Assembly (NCBI GenBank): GCA_002269645.1
Contig: NIVC01001838.1
Span: 124,001-188,000 of the forward strand
Reading direction: 5' to 3'
Length of the DNA stretch: 64,000 bases
From: Macrostomum lignano
Taxonomy: Eukaryota
The notes under the pieces are model-generated. The model had not been told where the DNA came from. It saw only the letters and a list, made by a program, of their open reading frames with translations, and searched no databases. Made by a program: the position numbers and the translations under genes. This document shows, piece after piece, positions 27,145-38,613 of this stretch (within the stretch, counting starts at the first letter, position 1; each line of letters begins with the position of its first letter).

Positions 27145-28584
27145 TCAATTTTGTACAGGCAGCTTTTTCCCGGAAGACGGAGACTGGAAAAAGTCGGTGA
27201 TGGGGCGCCGCATTTTCTTCCCAGACTCGGCCGGAGATGCGGCGGAGGCTGAGGAGCCGCGAGCCCGCTTGGCCGATCCCGGGCGCTTGCGTCCAGCCTC
27301 ATCAGGTGTCGGAGGCTGGCTGGGTGGCGGGTCACAGTCGACTGGCAGAGCCTCGTGGCAGCAGAAGGCCGCCTCCTCGGCGATCTCCGCGAGCTCGGCA
27401 AAGCTGATGCCGAACAAAATCGGCTTCAGCCGCTGCACTTTTCTCTGCTGGCTCTCCTCGAACGCGCGCTGCCTCAGCTGCTGCCGCTTCTTCCTGGTTT
27501 CAGCATCCTCAGCCTCATCCTCAGCTTCCGCAGGGTTCTCGCCTTCGTCATCGCTCAGGTAGCCGTGGGGGACAACAAAGGCAGCCTCATCCTCGTCATC
27601 ATCATCCGACCCAGCCTCCTCTGGATCTCCCTCGGACCTGTCCAGATCCTCGCCCTCGCCCTCCTCCTCCCACTCGGCCTCGCTGTCAACATCGTAGTCC
27701 AGGGTGGCCGCGTCTCTGCTCAGCGGGTTCCGGCCGGAGATGGCGCTGCTCCGCCTGCCCCAGGTGCCAAAGTAGGCGGGCCTGTGGTTCTCGCAGAACT
27801 GCAACAGCTTGCACTTGCGCAGCGACTGCGTCTCCGTCACCATGACAACGTCGGGATCGGAGCCGCCTTGCAGGAACTCGCTAAGTGGCCAGGTCTGAGG
27901 GCAGCTGCGACCCCGGCGATGCTTCAGCTCAGTGAGGTAGGACTCAGCCTGCGGCGCTGCATCGCTGCTCAAAAACTGCTCAAGAGTATTTCTCTCCGAC
28001 TCAGTCAGCGGCTCCCTGCGAATCGCCGGGCACAGCCGGGCGTCTCGGCGCAGCGGAAACGGCATGAAGCGCCGCTTCTCCTCCGGCGCTGCCGCCTCCT
28101 CAGTCTGAATCGAACCCCCGACCTCCGACTGGGCTCCGCTGGAGGCTGCCGGCTTCTTGATGAAGAAGCTGGCCAGAAGACTCGCCTGCTTCTCCTTCTG
28201 CCTGCGCTCTTCTTCCTGCCTCTTTTGCTTCTCGTCCTCCTTGGCCTTCCTTTCCTCCTCTTTCGCCTTTCTCTCCTCCTCCTTGGCCTCCTTCAGCTTG
28301 GCTTTCTCTTCTTCTTTCGCTTTCCTCTCCTCCTCCTTGGCTTCTTTCAGCTTGGCCCGCTCCTCCTCTTTGGCCTTTTTCTCTTCCTCCTTCGCCTGTC
28401 GCTCCTCTTCCTTCTTGCGCAGCTCCTCCTCCTTCTTCAGCCGCTTCTCCTCCTCTCGCTTCTGCCGCTCCGCCTCCTTCGCCAGCCTCTCCGCCTCTTT
28501 TTGCAGCCGCTTGCGCTCGCGCTCCGCCCGCCTGGCGGCCTGCTCGAGCTCCCGCTGCTGCTTGCTGGTGTTGTGCGGACTGGC
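27145..28584 (-). CDS. CHAF1A: Chromatin assembly factor 1 subunit A (CAF-1 p150/Cac1), single large exon
   Basis: Open frame of 480 codons from acceptor TTCCAG|GCC at 28584 to TGA at 27145. It holds a K/E/R coiled coil (ERERKRLQKEAERLAKE...), PIP-like ASLLASFF, then KLLQFCENHRPAYFGTW, GRNPL, LDYDVDSEAEWEEEGEGEDL and FVVPHGYLSDDEG (CAF1A/ED domain). The supplied ORF covers only the last 306 aa. Confidence 0.93.
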   Translation of the reverse strand, partial: ASPHNTSKQQRELEQAARRAERERKRLQKEAERLAKEAERQKREEEKRLKKEEELRKKEEERQAKEEEKKAKEEERAKLKEAKEEERKAKEEEKAKLKEAKEEERKAKEEERKAKEDEKQKRQEEERRQKEKQASLLASFFIKKPAASSGAQSEVGGSIQTEEAAAPEEKRRFMPFPLRRDARLCPAIRREPLTESERNTLEQFLSSDAAPQAESYLTELKHRRGRSCPQTWPLSEFLQGGSDPDVVMVTETQSLRKCKLLQFCENHRPAYFGTWGRRSSAISGRNPLSRDAATLDYDVDSEAEWEEEGEGEDLDRSEGDPEEAGSDDDDEDEAAFVVPHGYLSDDEGENPAEAEDEAEDAETRKKRQQLRQRAFEESQQRKVQRLKPILFGISFAELAEIAEEAAFCCHEALPVDCDPPPSQPPTPDEAGRKRPGSAKRARGSSASAASPAESGKKMRRPITDFFQSPSSGKKLPVQN

Positions 28585-30848
28585 CTGGAAGGCAATCGGA
28601 CATGCATATATGGGAGTTGGTTGTATGGATAGGCATCAATTAAGTGCTAAAAGTGAGCAAAAATATGAAATCCAGAATTGAGTTTCCTTTGCAATACAGC
28701 AATTTTTCATTTTATCTAAGAATTCAAGCATTTATTGCAATACATTCTACTATTGAATTTCAGACAGAACTGAAAAGTAAATTCAGACTAGTCATTTCAC
28801 AATGCAAATTTATGGACATGGAGTCTGGAGAGCAGTGCTGCCACTTGCTGCAGAAATTTGCCCACCCAGGATGCAGAAATTGTGAAATATATTTCATTTT
28901 CAGCAAAACCTGTAGAAATTTTAGCCATGTCAAATATGCATTAATTTTTGTTTCACAGCTCAACTTAATATTTGTTAGATTTACAGCACCAGTATGTTTT
29001 AATTATTCTGCTGTTTATTTAGCTTTGGCAAATAAATAAAAAGGAAAGGAAACATTTCTTTTTTGTTTCTTGTGCTTTTTTGCAGCTTAAAAATTTCTTG
29101 GCCTTGCAATAGCCATTCTGTCTTCTTCAGAAGATAAATAATCAAATAGATATAATCATTTTGTTGCATAAAATTGCTGTTGTACACATTTTTATAGACA
29201 CAAGGGAATACAGATCACAGATTACTTTTTTTACATGTTTGTGTATTATTACAGGTATATTTATATTCAGATTTATATTTGTATTACATTTAATTATACT
29301 TTTATTCTTTACCTGGCTTATGGCTATGTAGCTATTCTAATTTTATAAGTTTGGCCTACAATAATTTTGTTTTTGCTTTTTTCCAGACCAAGAAGTACTT
29401 TTTCTCTATTTGTTTTGTTTTCTTAAGATGAAATATAAATGACTATACCCAATTCGCATAATCATCATATATAACTTATAATTATATATAACATCCAATT
29501 TGTCAGTATGAGGTTTACAATGCATAGAAAGATGTCTGCCTACTTAAAAATTATTAGTATATAACTCATCTTTACTGTAACATGCATTCAATTTGTGACA
29601 TAAAAAATGTACATTCTACCTTTTCAATGTAAAATGTAATGGCTCTAGTATTTTTTACCATTTCTAAAAAAGTTTGCCCTTAGACAAAGAAGAAAAATCT
29701 GAAATAGGTTAATTTTTTATTTGTAATTTTCTGCAAACCTATAATGAAAAAGGCCCCAAAATGACCCAAAATTTGTTTAAAAAGTAAGTTGCATATCTAG
29801 TGTAAATCACATGTATGACTTGCAAAGCCACAATTAACAATGTTTTGCCTAGAATGACTAGAAAGAAGCATTGATAGCAAGCATATTAATGAATGGCTGC
29901 AGTGGCATCCTGATGACCTAATGCAAGCCTAGTGTATTGCATACAAGAAGTCTATACAGCTTGGATCTAGTGGGTTCAGTATAATAATAGCTTTTGAGCA
30001 TAGCAATATGTTCTAGCACATGTTTCCAAACAAGAAGATAGCATCTAGCTTTCAGTCCAAGTGCACTGTTGCATTCTTGTAAATAAATAAGAATGATATT
30101 GATTGTCCAAGGCTCCTAACTGAGCCAAAACCAAGAAAACAAGTATCGCCCTCTGGCGCGCACTAGGTCTATTTATAGACTTATCAAAAATGGGGTGGCA
30201 CAAAGAAAAGTCCACTGTCACATGCATAAAGACTTATCTCATCAACAATGCAATTTCTCCTGATGTTCAAAATGGCTTAATCTAGGACCTCAACTTGAGT
30301 TATATTGTTTTTTCCCTGTCTGTTGATAAATCTAATGATCATGCTCCTAAGTTCTTTGAAATCACTTTGACTTTCTTTTCTATAAAGCAGAAGAAGCTTA
30401 TGGTACTTTCAATAAAAAGCATTGAGCTAATCATTGGCAAAGCTAAGACAATGGTGGATTTAGGGGGAAGGCACACAGGGTGCACCCTGCCCCCATAGTT
30501 TGAATTTTACCTTAATATAATCTACATCCCCCATCCAAAATTTTCTGACTTTGTACTTGAGCTAAGTAGAGATAGACCTCAGACCAGTTGCAGCAGTGCT
30601 CAATATGTGCAATTTTAGTTTGCAACTAGCAATCTACGCCCCCCGTTGGGGAGCCAAATAAATGCTATACACGTTTTTTAATAAGCTAGATGTATCCTTG
30701 AAATCTTAAAAAATCTCCTGTCAAACCTTGTAAGCCTTGACATGTCAGTAATTCCCCCCCCCCAGCTTTAACATATCAACTTCCCCCCCTTGACATCTCA
30801 GCAATGCCCCCAATAAGCCTTGGAAATCTAAAAATATCTGTCAACCTT

Positions 30849-30899
30849 CTAACCCTAACCCTAACCCTAACCCTAACCCTAACCCTAACCTAACCCTAA
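30849..30899. repeat. Interstitial telomere-type (CCCTAA)n, ~8 units
   Basis: CTAACC hexamers embedded in a duplicated block with GCCTTGACATCTCAGCAATT repeats (30700-31400). A degenerate second copy lies at about 31226-31275. Confidence 0.85.
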
Positions 30900-31663
30900 A
30901 GCATTGAAATTTCAGTAATTCTCTCTAAGACGACTAAGAGTCATTATAGCACTACTACAGCATTATAGCGATAAGCTTCTTTTATTCTTTATATAACGCT
31001 TTTTTTATCAGTGATCCCTCGCCTGAGGAGGCATCAAATAATGTAATAAAAAGTTTTCAATAAACTACATGTAGCTTCTGACTTTAGCCTTGAAATCTCA
31101 TTTATACCCCCGTGAGCCTTGACATCTCAGCTATTCCCCCCCGTAAGCCTTGACATGTCAGCGATGGCCCCCATAAACCTTGAAATCTAAAAAATCCACT
31201 GTTAACCTTGAAACCCGATAAAATATAACCCTCAACCTACACCTGACCTAAACCTAACTTTAACCCAACCTAAAGCCTTGAAATCTCAGCAATTCTTCTC
31301 CCTAAGCCTTGACATTTTAGTGATTCCTTCTTTAAGAATCACAGCACTATAACGATTTCCACCAAGCTTTGACATCGTAGCAATTCCTAAATGAATCTTT
31401 TAACTTCGACATGACTTTTCTTTTATGTATACATAGTGCTACTTTTATTTTTTACATGACTCTTCTTCTATCAGCACCCCCCCATGGCGAGCTAACAAAG
31501 AATGCAATAAAAAATTGAGTAAAGTACATGAACTTTGAAGTAGCTTCTGACTTTTGCTTTGAGATCCCAGAAACAACCCCCCCCCTTGTAATCTCAGTTA
31601 TTCTCTGAGAGCCTTTACGTCTCAGTTTTTCTCCCCAGCACAGCATTATAGCTGCATTTCATT

Positions 31664-33985
31664 TTTACATGACACCCTTCATGTCTGACATGACGCTTCT
31701 TTTGATTTTTACATTACACTTCTTTTATTCTTCCATGACACTTCTTCTTTTTTTAAATGACGCTTTCATTAGGTTTTAAATGAGGCTTCTATGATTTTTT
31801 CATGACGCTTCTATGATTGTTTACATGACGCTTCTATGCTTTTTACATGACGCTTCTATGATTGTTTACATGACGCTTCTATGATTATTTCATGACGCTT
31901 CTATGATTTTTACATGACGCTTCTATGATTGTTTACATGACGCTTCTACGATTTCCGCAGGACGCTTCTATGATTTTTACATGATGCTTCTATGATTTTT
32001 TCATGACGCTCCTATGATTTTTTCATGACGCTTCTATGATATTTTACATGATGCTTCTAAGATTTTTTACATGACGCTTCTGTGATTGTTTACATGACGC
32101 TTCTATGCTTTTTACATGACGCTTCCATGATTTTTTACATGACACTTCTATGATTTTTTGCATGACGCTTCTATGATTGTTTACATGACGCTTCTATGAT
32201 TTTTTACATGACGCTTCTATGATTTTTTACATGACGCTTCTATGATTTTTTACATGACGCTTCTATGATATTTTCATGACGCTTCCACGATTTTTTAATG
32301 ATGCTTCTATGATTTTTACATGTTGCTTCTATGCTTGTTTACATGATGCTTCTACGATTTCTGCAGGACGCTTCTATGATTTTTACATGATGCTTCTATG
32401 ATTTTTTCATGACGCTCCTATGATTTTTTCATGACGCTTCTATGATTTTTACATGACGCTTCCATGATTTTTTACTTGACGCTTCCATGATTTTTTACAT
32501 GACACTTCTATGATTTTTACATGACACTTCCATGATTTTTTTTCATGACGCTTTCATGATTTTTTACATGATGCTTCTATGATTTTTTACATGACGCTTC
32601 TATGATTTTTTCATGACGCTCCTATGTTTTTTTCATGACGCTTCTATGATTTTTTCATGACACTTCTATGATTTTTTACATGACGCTACTATGATTTTTA
32701 CATGACGCTTCCATGATTTTTACATGACGCTTCTATGATTTTTACATGACGCTTCCATGATTTTTTTTCATGACGCTTCCATGATTTTTTACATGACGCT
32801 TCCATGTTTTTTACATGACACTTCTATGATTTTTGCAGGACGCTTTTATGATTTTTACATGACGCTTCTATGATTTTTTTTCATGACGCTTCCATGATTT
32901 TTACATGACACTTCTATGATTTTTTGCAGGACGCTTCTATGATTTTTTACATGACGCTTTTATGATTTTTTACATGACGCTTCTATGATATTTTCATGAC
33001 GCTTCCACGAATTTTTACATGACGCTTCTATGATTTTTACATGACGCTTCTATGCTTGTTTACATGATGCTTCTACGATTTCTGCAGGATGCTTCTATGA
33101 TTTTTATATGACGCTTCCATGATTTTTACATGACGCTTCCATGATTTTTTACATGACACTTCTATGATTTTTTGCAGGACACTTCTATGATTTTTTACAT
33201 GACGCTTCCATGATTTTTTACATGACACTTCTATGATTTTTTGCATGACGCTTCCATGATTTTTACATGACGCTTCCATGATTTTTACATGACGCTTCCA
33301 TGATTTTTTACATGACACTTCTATGATTTTTTGCAAGACGCTTCTATGATTTTTTACATGACGCTTTTATGATTGTTTACATGACACTCCTATGATTTTT
33401 ACATGACGCTTCCATGATTTTTACATGACGCTTCCATGATTTTTTACATGACACTTCTATGATTTTTTGCAGGACGCTTCTATGATTTTTTGCATGACGC
33501 TTCCATGATTTTTACATGACGCTTCCATGATTTTTACATGACGCTTCCATGATTTTTTACATGACACTTCTATGATTTTTTGCAAGACGCTTCTATGATT
33601 TTTTACATGACGCTTCTATGATTGTTTACATGACAATCCTATGATTTTTACATGACGCTTCCATGATATTTTCATGACGCTTCCACGATTTTTTAATGAC
33701 GCTTCTATGATTTTTACATGTTGCTTCTATGCTTGTTTACATGATGCTTCTACGATTTCTGCAGGACGCTTCTATGATTTTTACATGATGCTTCTATGAT
33801 TTTTTCATGACGCTCCTATGATTTTTTCATGACGCTTCTATGATTTTTACATGACGCTTCCATGATTTTTTACATGACACTTCTATGATTTTTACATGAC
33901 ACTTCCATGATTTTTTTTATGACGCTTCCATGATTTTTTACATGATGCTTCTATGATTTTTTACATGACGCTTTTATGATTTTTT
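31664..33985. repeat. ~22-bp minisatellite (~100 copies)
   Basis: Unit TTTTTACATGACGCTTCTATGA with T-run length variation and point variants. Confidence 0.95.
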
Positions 33986-34024
33986 AGTTTTCTTCTTGGT
34001 GTTAAAAAGCTTTAATTAAAAAAA

Positions 34025-34097
34025 TTCCACTCTCAAAAAATTCGAACCATCGTCTCTGCATTTAGCAGTCAGTCTGTTTACCTCTAGGCTAGCTCTC
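34025..34097 (-). mobile_element. Degenerate tRNA-like head (SINE relic or tRNA pseudogene)
   Basis: Minus strand has A-box-like TAGCCTAGAGG and B-box GGTTCGAATT at tRNA-like spacing. No intact cloverleaf. Confidence 0.45.
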
Positions 34098-34224
34098 ATC
34101 GTTTTGATAATATGAATTTTAGCACTTATAATTATAAGTTTCAAAACTCCAAGTATAGAGTAAATGACATGAGGCAGTTATGACATAATCAATTTCTCAG
34201 TCAGTCAGTATCAGTTAACAATAT

Positions 34225-34982
34225 GGTTACGCAATTTAAATCAAGTCTGGTGCTATGCTTCCACACTGCATTTTCAATACTATGACGCAATTCAAGTTGG
34301 AGTTACAATTTAGTTATGATGCAATCTATTTCAGAATCAGAATTCAACCAGTCAGTTTTTTCTCTAGCATTCTTACAATGCATTTCAAGTCGAAAAGTTT
34401 GCTTGACCTTTGCAAAAAAGCATGTTTTTCGAATATTTAATCCCTTAAACATGGAGCAATTTCTTAGCCAAGATGCATGTACTGTCACAGGAAAATTTCT
34501 GATCAAACAGTGCAAGTCTCATGAAAATCGGTTAAGCCATTTTTTCTCTAATCGATTACAAGCAAGCAAGCAAGATTTTCATTTTTAGTATATAGGAAGG
34601 ACTAGCAGGGGTAGGCTGTCTGCCAGCATCCAGAATTTTTATTATACCCCCCTCCCTTAATTGGTTACGCAAGTTAAATAGAGTAATTATCTGGGCAGTG
34701 GGGCGGAGTGAGTTTTCTTATCAGTTGGCTCTGGCGCAATCATTAAGATTGGCAGTGAAGTTTCTCGTTGATAGAATTTTGCATTGAAAAAGCCCATTTA
34801 AAACAGTTTTTCGAATATTTAATCCCCTTAGCATTGAGCTAGAGCCTAATAAAATTACATGTACCGTCCCGGGCACATTTGACATGTTTTGGCGAAGAAA
34901 CGGAGAAAATCGGTTGAGCCGTTCGGGAGATAATCGATTGCATACAAGCAAGCAAGATTTTCATTTTTAGTATATTAGAAGA
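34225..34982 (-). mobile_element. Two tandem short Helitron-like elements (~34225-34600 and 34602-34982)
   Basis: Both start (minus strand) with ...TATACTAAAAATGAAAATCTTGCTTGCTTG and share GGTTACGCAA, TTTTCGAATATTTAATCCC and GAAAATCGGTT blocks. The second ends with a GC-rich stretch plus CTAG|T at 34602. Confidence 0.65.
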
Positions 34983-35009
34983 AGACACTAATAAAGGCCA
35001 TTGTTGAAA

Positions 35010-35856
35010 CACTGTCTATTAGTTAAAGATAAAAAATTGTCTATGTCAGATGGCCTTTCTATCATGATTGGTAGCCACAGGTGGCACAATGGTTTCCACA
35101 AGCTAATACAGAACATTGCTCTATATCTATTTCCAAATCCAACCTACTGGTTACAGTATGTTATTAATGCTTTGCACAATGCCTGCAAGAAGCTTGGCAA
35201 ACAATAGGAGGATTTCTGCAATGCTATATATAATTATTTCACTTCACATCATACTGGACTCTGTACAAGAAGGTTCAGTCTCTTTTGGAGGCCCAAAATC
35301 ATTACCTAGGTACTTTGGCACATTGAGATAAAGTGGCTTTAGATTCTGCCTATTATAAATTGTGTTCTAGAATAGCTAATAGCACTAAAGACTTTCCTAG
35401 AAATATTGCCTAGCCTAGGCAGAGACTAGACCACTTATGAAGTGGGAAAGTTGTTGAAGTGCATACTACTCTGCATCAAAAGGTGATTGAACTAGATTTG
35501 TGCTTCCTGTTTTGCTGACTTTGAAAAAGTTTGAAAATTCATACTAGTAAGAAAGATGAATTATACTCAGAAATCTGCTAAATGTACAAGAGTGTACTAG
35601 TTCTCTCCCTTGACTGAGCCAGCATGAACAATAATGTTTGATGGCTTAGCACAATGACCTTTGACCATATGCATTGGCTGCCCAAAGACAAGCTGTCTAT
35701 AGATGATAGAATACAAATTGTACTGCAGCAAGCTAAAAAAATGAAGAGGCAAGAATTCTTTATTAGAGTGAAAACCTTCTTTGCCTGCTTAGCTAGCAGT
35801 TTGAAAGATGCCTTGCCATTGGGCAATGCACTTCTGAGAGATGTGCTTTTTATAAC
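35010..35856 (+). pseudogene. Degraded hAT-family transposase fragment
   Basis: SDGLSIMIG...ALHNACKKLG; KWL*ILPIINCVLE*LIALKTFL (the RW...LEQW.AL..YF-type motif); EFFIRVKTFFACLASSLKDALPLGNALLRDVLFI. Many stops. Truncated by Helitron copy B. Confidence 0.6.
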
Positions 35857-36543
35857 TAGAAAAGCTGTTAAAACCCGCGGATTTTGAGCCCGGGGAATTC
35901 CAATCCCTGGAACTATTTTTGCATATATTAAGATTAAACTCAAACAAAAACATTTGGGATAGAGTTAAACATAAAATAGAGTACATTTGTGTAAAATTAG
36001 GATTTGAGGCAAACATTGATATTGTTGGCTGGGGTGCTGCGCAGAATGTCAGGAAAACTCTGGCCTCTACCTCTGCCTCTCCCTATGTCCCTTGCATCCT
36101 TTGAAACTTCTATCTTCTCTTCTGTTTTCTCACTTCTCTTTTGTCTCTTGTCTCTTTTCTCTCCTCTCATCTCTTCTTTCTTCTCTCCTCTGTCCCCTCT
36201 TCTTTTGTCTCTTCCCTCAATTTGTTTCTCTCTCCTTTCCTCTCTTCTCTCGTCTCTGCTCTCTCATCTCTCCTTTCTCCTATTTTATCTCTTCTTATTT
36301 CTCTCTGCTCTTTCCTCTCTCTTCTCTCTCTGCTTTCTCTTCCCTCTCCTATCTTCTCTTCTCACTCATTACATTACCCTCTCTCAACACTTCCCTCATC
36401 TCTCCTCTCTCCTTTCTCTTCTCTTCTCTCCACTCTCTCCTCTCATCTCTTCTATCGTCTCTTTCCTCACCTCTTTTCTCTCTCATCATTGCTCTCTTAT
36501 CTTTCCTTTCTCTTCTTTTATCTTTTCTCTCGTATCTCTTCTC

Positions 36544-36617
<74 letters not shown>

Positions 36618-37069
36618 TCTCCTGTCTTATCTCTCTTCTCCCCTCTTTCCTCTCCTCTCTCGTCCTTCCCCTCTTTCCTGTGTCTTCTCGATTCTCTCCC
36701 TCCCCTCCTCTCTCCTCACTCGCTTCTCTCTCCCTTTGTCTCACCTCTCATCTCTCATCTCTTATTTCTTATCTCTCCTCTTTTCTGTCATCTATCATCT
36801 TTACTCTCTTATACTCGTATGCTCTTTCACCTCTCTCCTGTGTATTCTTCTCTTTCCCCTCTTCTGACTCCCCTCTTTCCTTACTCCTCTCTTCTCTTCC
36901 CTCTTCTTTACTCTCTCCACTCTATTCTCTTCTCTTGTCTCTCTGCACTCTGCTCTCTCCTCCTTCATCTCTCATCTCTCCTTTTCTCTCTCTTATCTCT
37001 ACAATCTAATTTCTTTCCTCTCTCCTCCTCTTCCCTTGACTCTATCTCTCCTTTCTCCTCTTCTTTCTC

Positions 37070-37139
<70 letters not shown>

Positions 37140-38613
37140 TTTATCTCCTCTCCTCGATCCTTTCTAATCTCTCCTCTCGATCCTCTCCTCTCCTTTCTCA
37201 TCAATCCTGTCTTATCTCTCCCATCTTCTCTCTCCCTCTTCTCACCTCTACTCTTTCCTCTCTCTCCTCTCTCCCCTCCTCTCGCTTTTTCCTCGCATAT
37301 TCTCTGCTCTCTCCTCACCCCCTCGTATCTCTTGTTATCTTCTATTATTTCTCTTATTCCCCTCTCACCCCTTCTCTCTTTCTAATAGTCTATTCCTTCT
37401 CCTTTCCACTCTCATCTGGCCGGCAGCCATGAGCTGGATTCTTTATCTGACCTTTGAGGTAAAAATCTGCCGATCCTGCTTCGAAAGCCAGTTTTTGGGA
37501 CGTAGTTGTTATCATTTCTCATGCTTTTCTCAAAGTCATCTTTCTGGCCAATTAGTAGCCCTGAGAGCAATCTCCAGCTCCACAAACACCACCACAGTCT
37601 GCAGCAGTCTAACAACCAAGGACATACGCATTTCTTAGAAGCCATTTAAATTCGAAAATACCTTATGCGAAACTTAATGTAAAAAGTTCCATGGTGTAAC
37701 TAATTTAGTAGGATTGTATCGTAATAAGTTATTTATTAATTTTTTGCTATTTTTATAAATACAAACCATCCTGCCTTGGTTTGCCGCTGCTGCAGACTTG
37801 TCCATACAGAGGGCAATGGTTAGAATCTCTCACTAAACTGTCATGGCTAAACGTAGCCTCTCCACGCGCAGGATGCAAAGAAGGCTATTAAAAAGTTATT
37901 CCAAAACACTGTACATTTGCTATATACATTCAGCCCTATCGCCTGACCCTTCATCTGGGCTGGGGAATGAATGAGTGAGTGGCACTAACAACAGAAAAAG
38001 CAGACAAACTTCACATGCTTATAGTTTCTTTTTTGGTTGAGTTACAGAGTTGAAACTTTACATTTAGATAGAGAATGAATCAATGAAGAATTGTGTCAAG
38101 TTTAAAGTCAATTGCTTCACATGGAGCAAACTTATGGCAGCTGAAAGTTAGTCAATCTTGAAACACATTTTACACATCTGGGCCTAGATCGGGATTGAGA
38201 AAGAGAGGCAGGCAGGCGGCAGTGGTTGGGGTGGTTGCTACGCTGAAAAAAAGCAGCCTAACTTTAAAAGTGCACAGCGCCATTCAGGATTCACTTTGAG
38301 ACTTGAAATTTTACACGATTGTGCCAAAATAGTTGAAGATCATGTGTGTCAAATTTGAAGAGAATCAGTAGAAGTGGAGCAGCACTATGGAGGATTTAGT
38401 AAAAAAATCGCGCATTTTCAGCAGTTTTTTGCACTTTTAGGTAGGAAGACTCAAATTTAGGAAATTTAAAGGTAGCCTAAGACATTCTCTGTAGTGAGTT
38501 TAAGGTGGGTGTAAAGTTTGGTGTCATTTGGTTGAGCAGTTTGGGAGTCCATAGCAAACAAAATTGTCCAGACACACAGACATACAGAGTTTTGATTTTT
38601 ATATGTAGAGATT
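35856..38613 (-). mobile_element. Non-autonomous Helitron-like composite element, copy B (inverted relative to copy A)
   Basis: Reverse complement is colinear with 8762-11516. The 5' end is A|TCTCTACATATAAAAATC. The 3' end is CCCCGGGCTCAAAATCCGCGGG...CTAG|T at 35856. Contains (CT)n runs at ~36547-36616 and ~37075-37135. Confidence 0.7.

Noticed and set aside
27355-28681. 425-aa and 174-aa plus-strand ORFs and the 179-aa minus ORF 28100-28639
   Set aside because: Antisense or off-frame shadows of the GC-rich, low-complexity CHAF1A exon.
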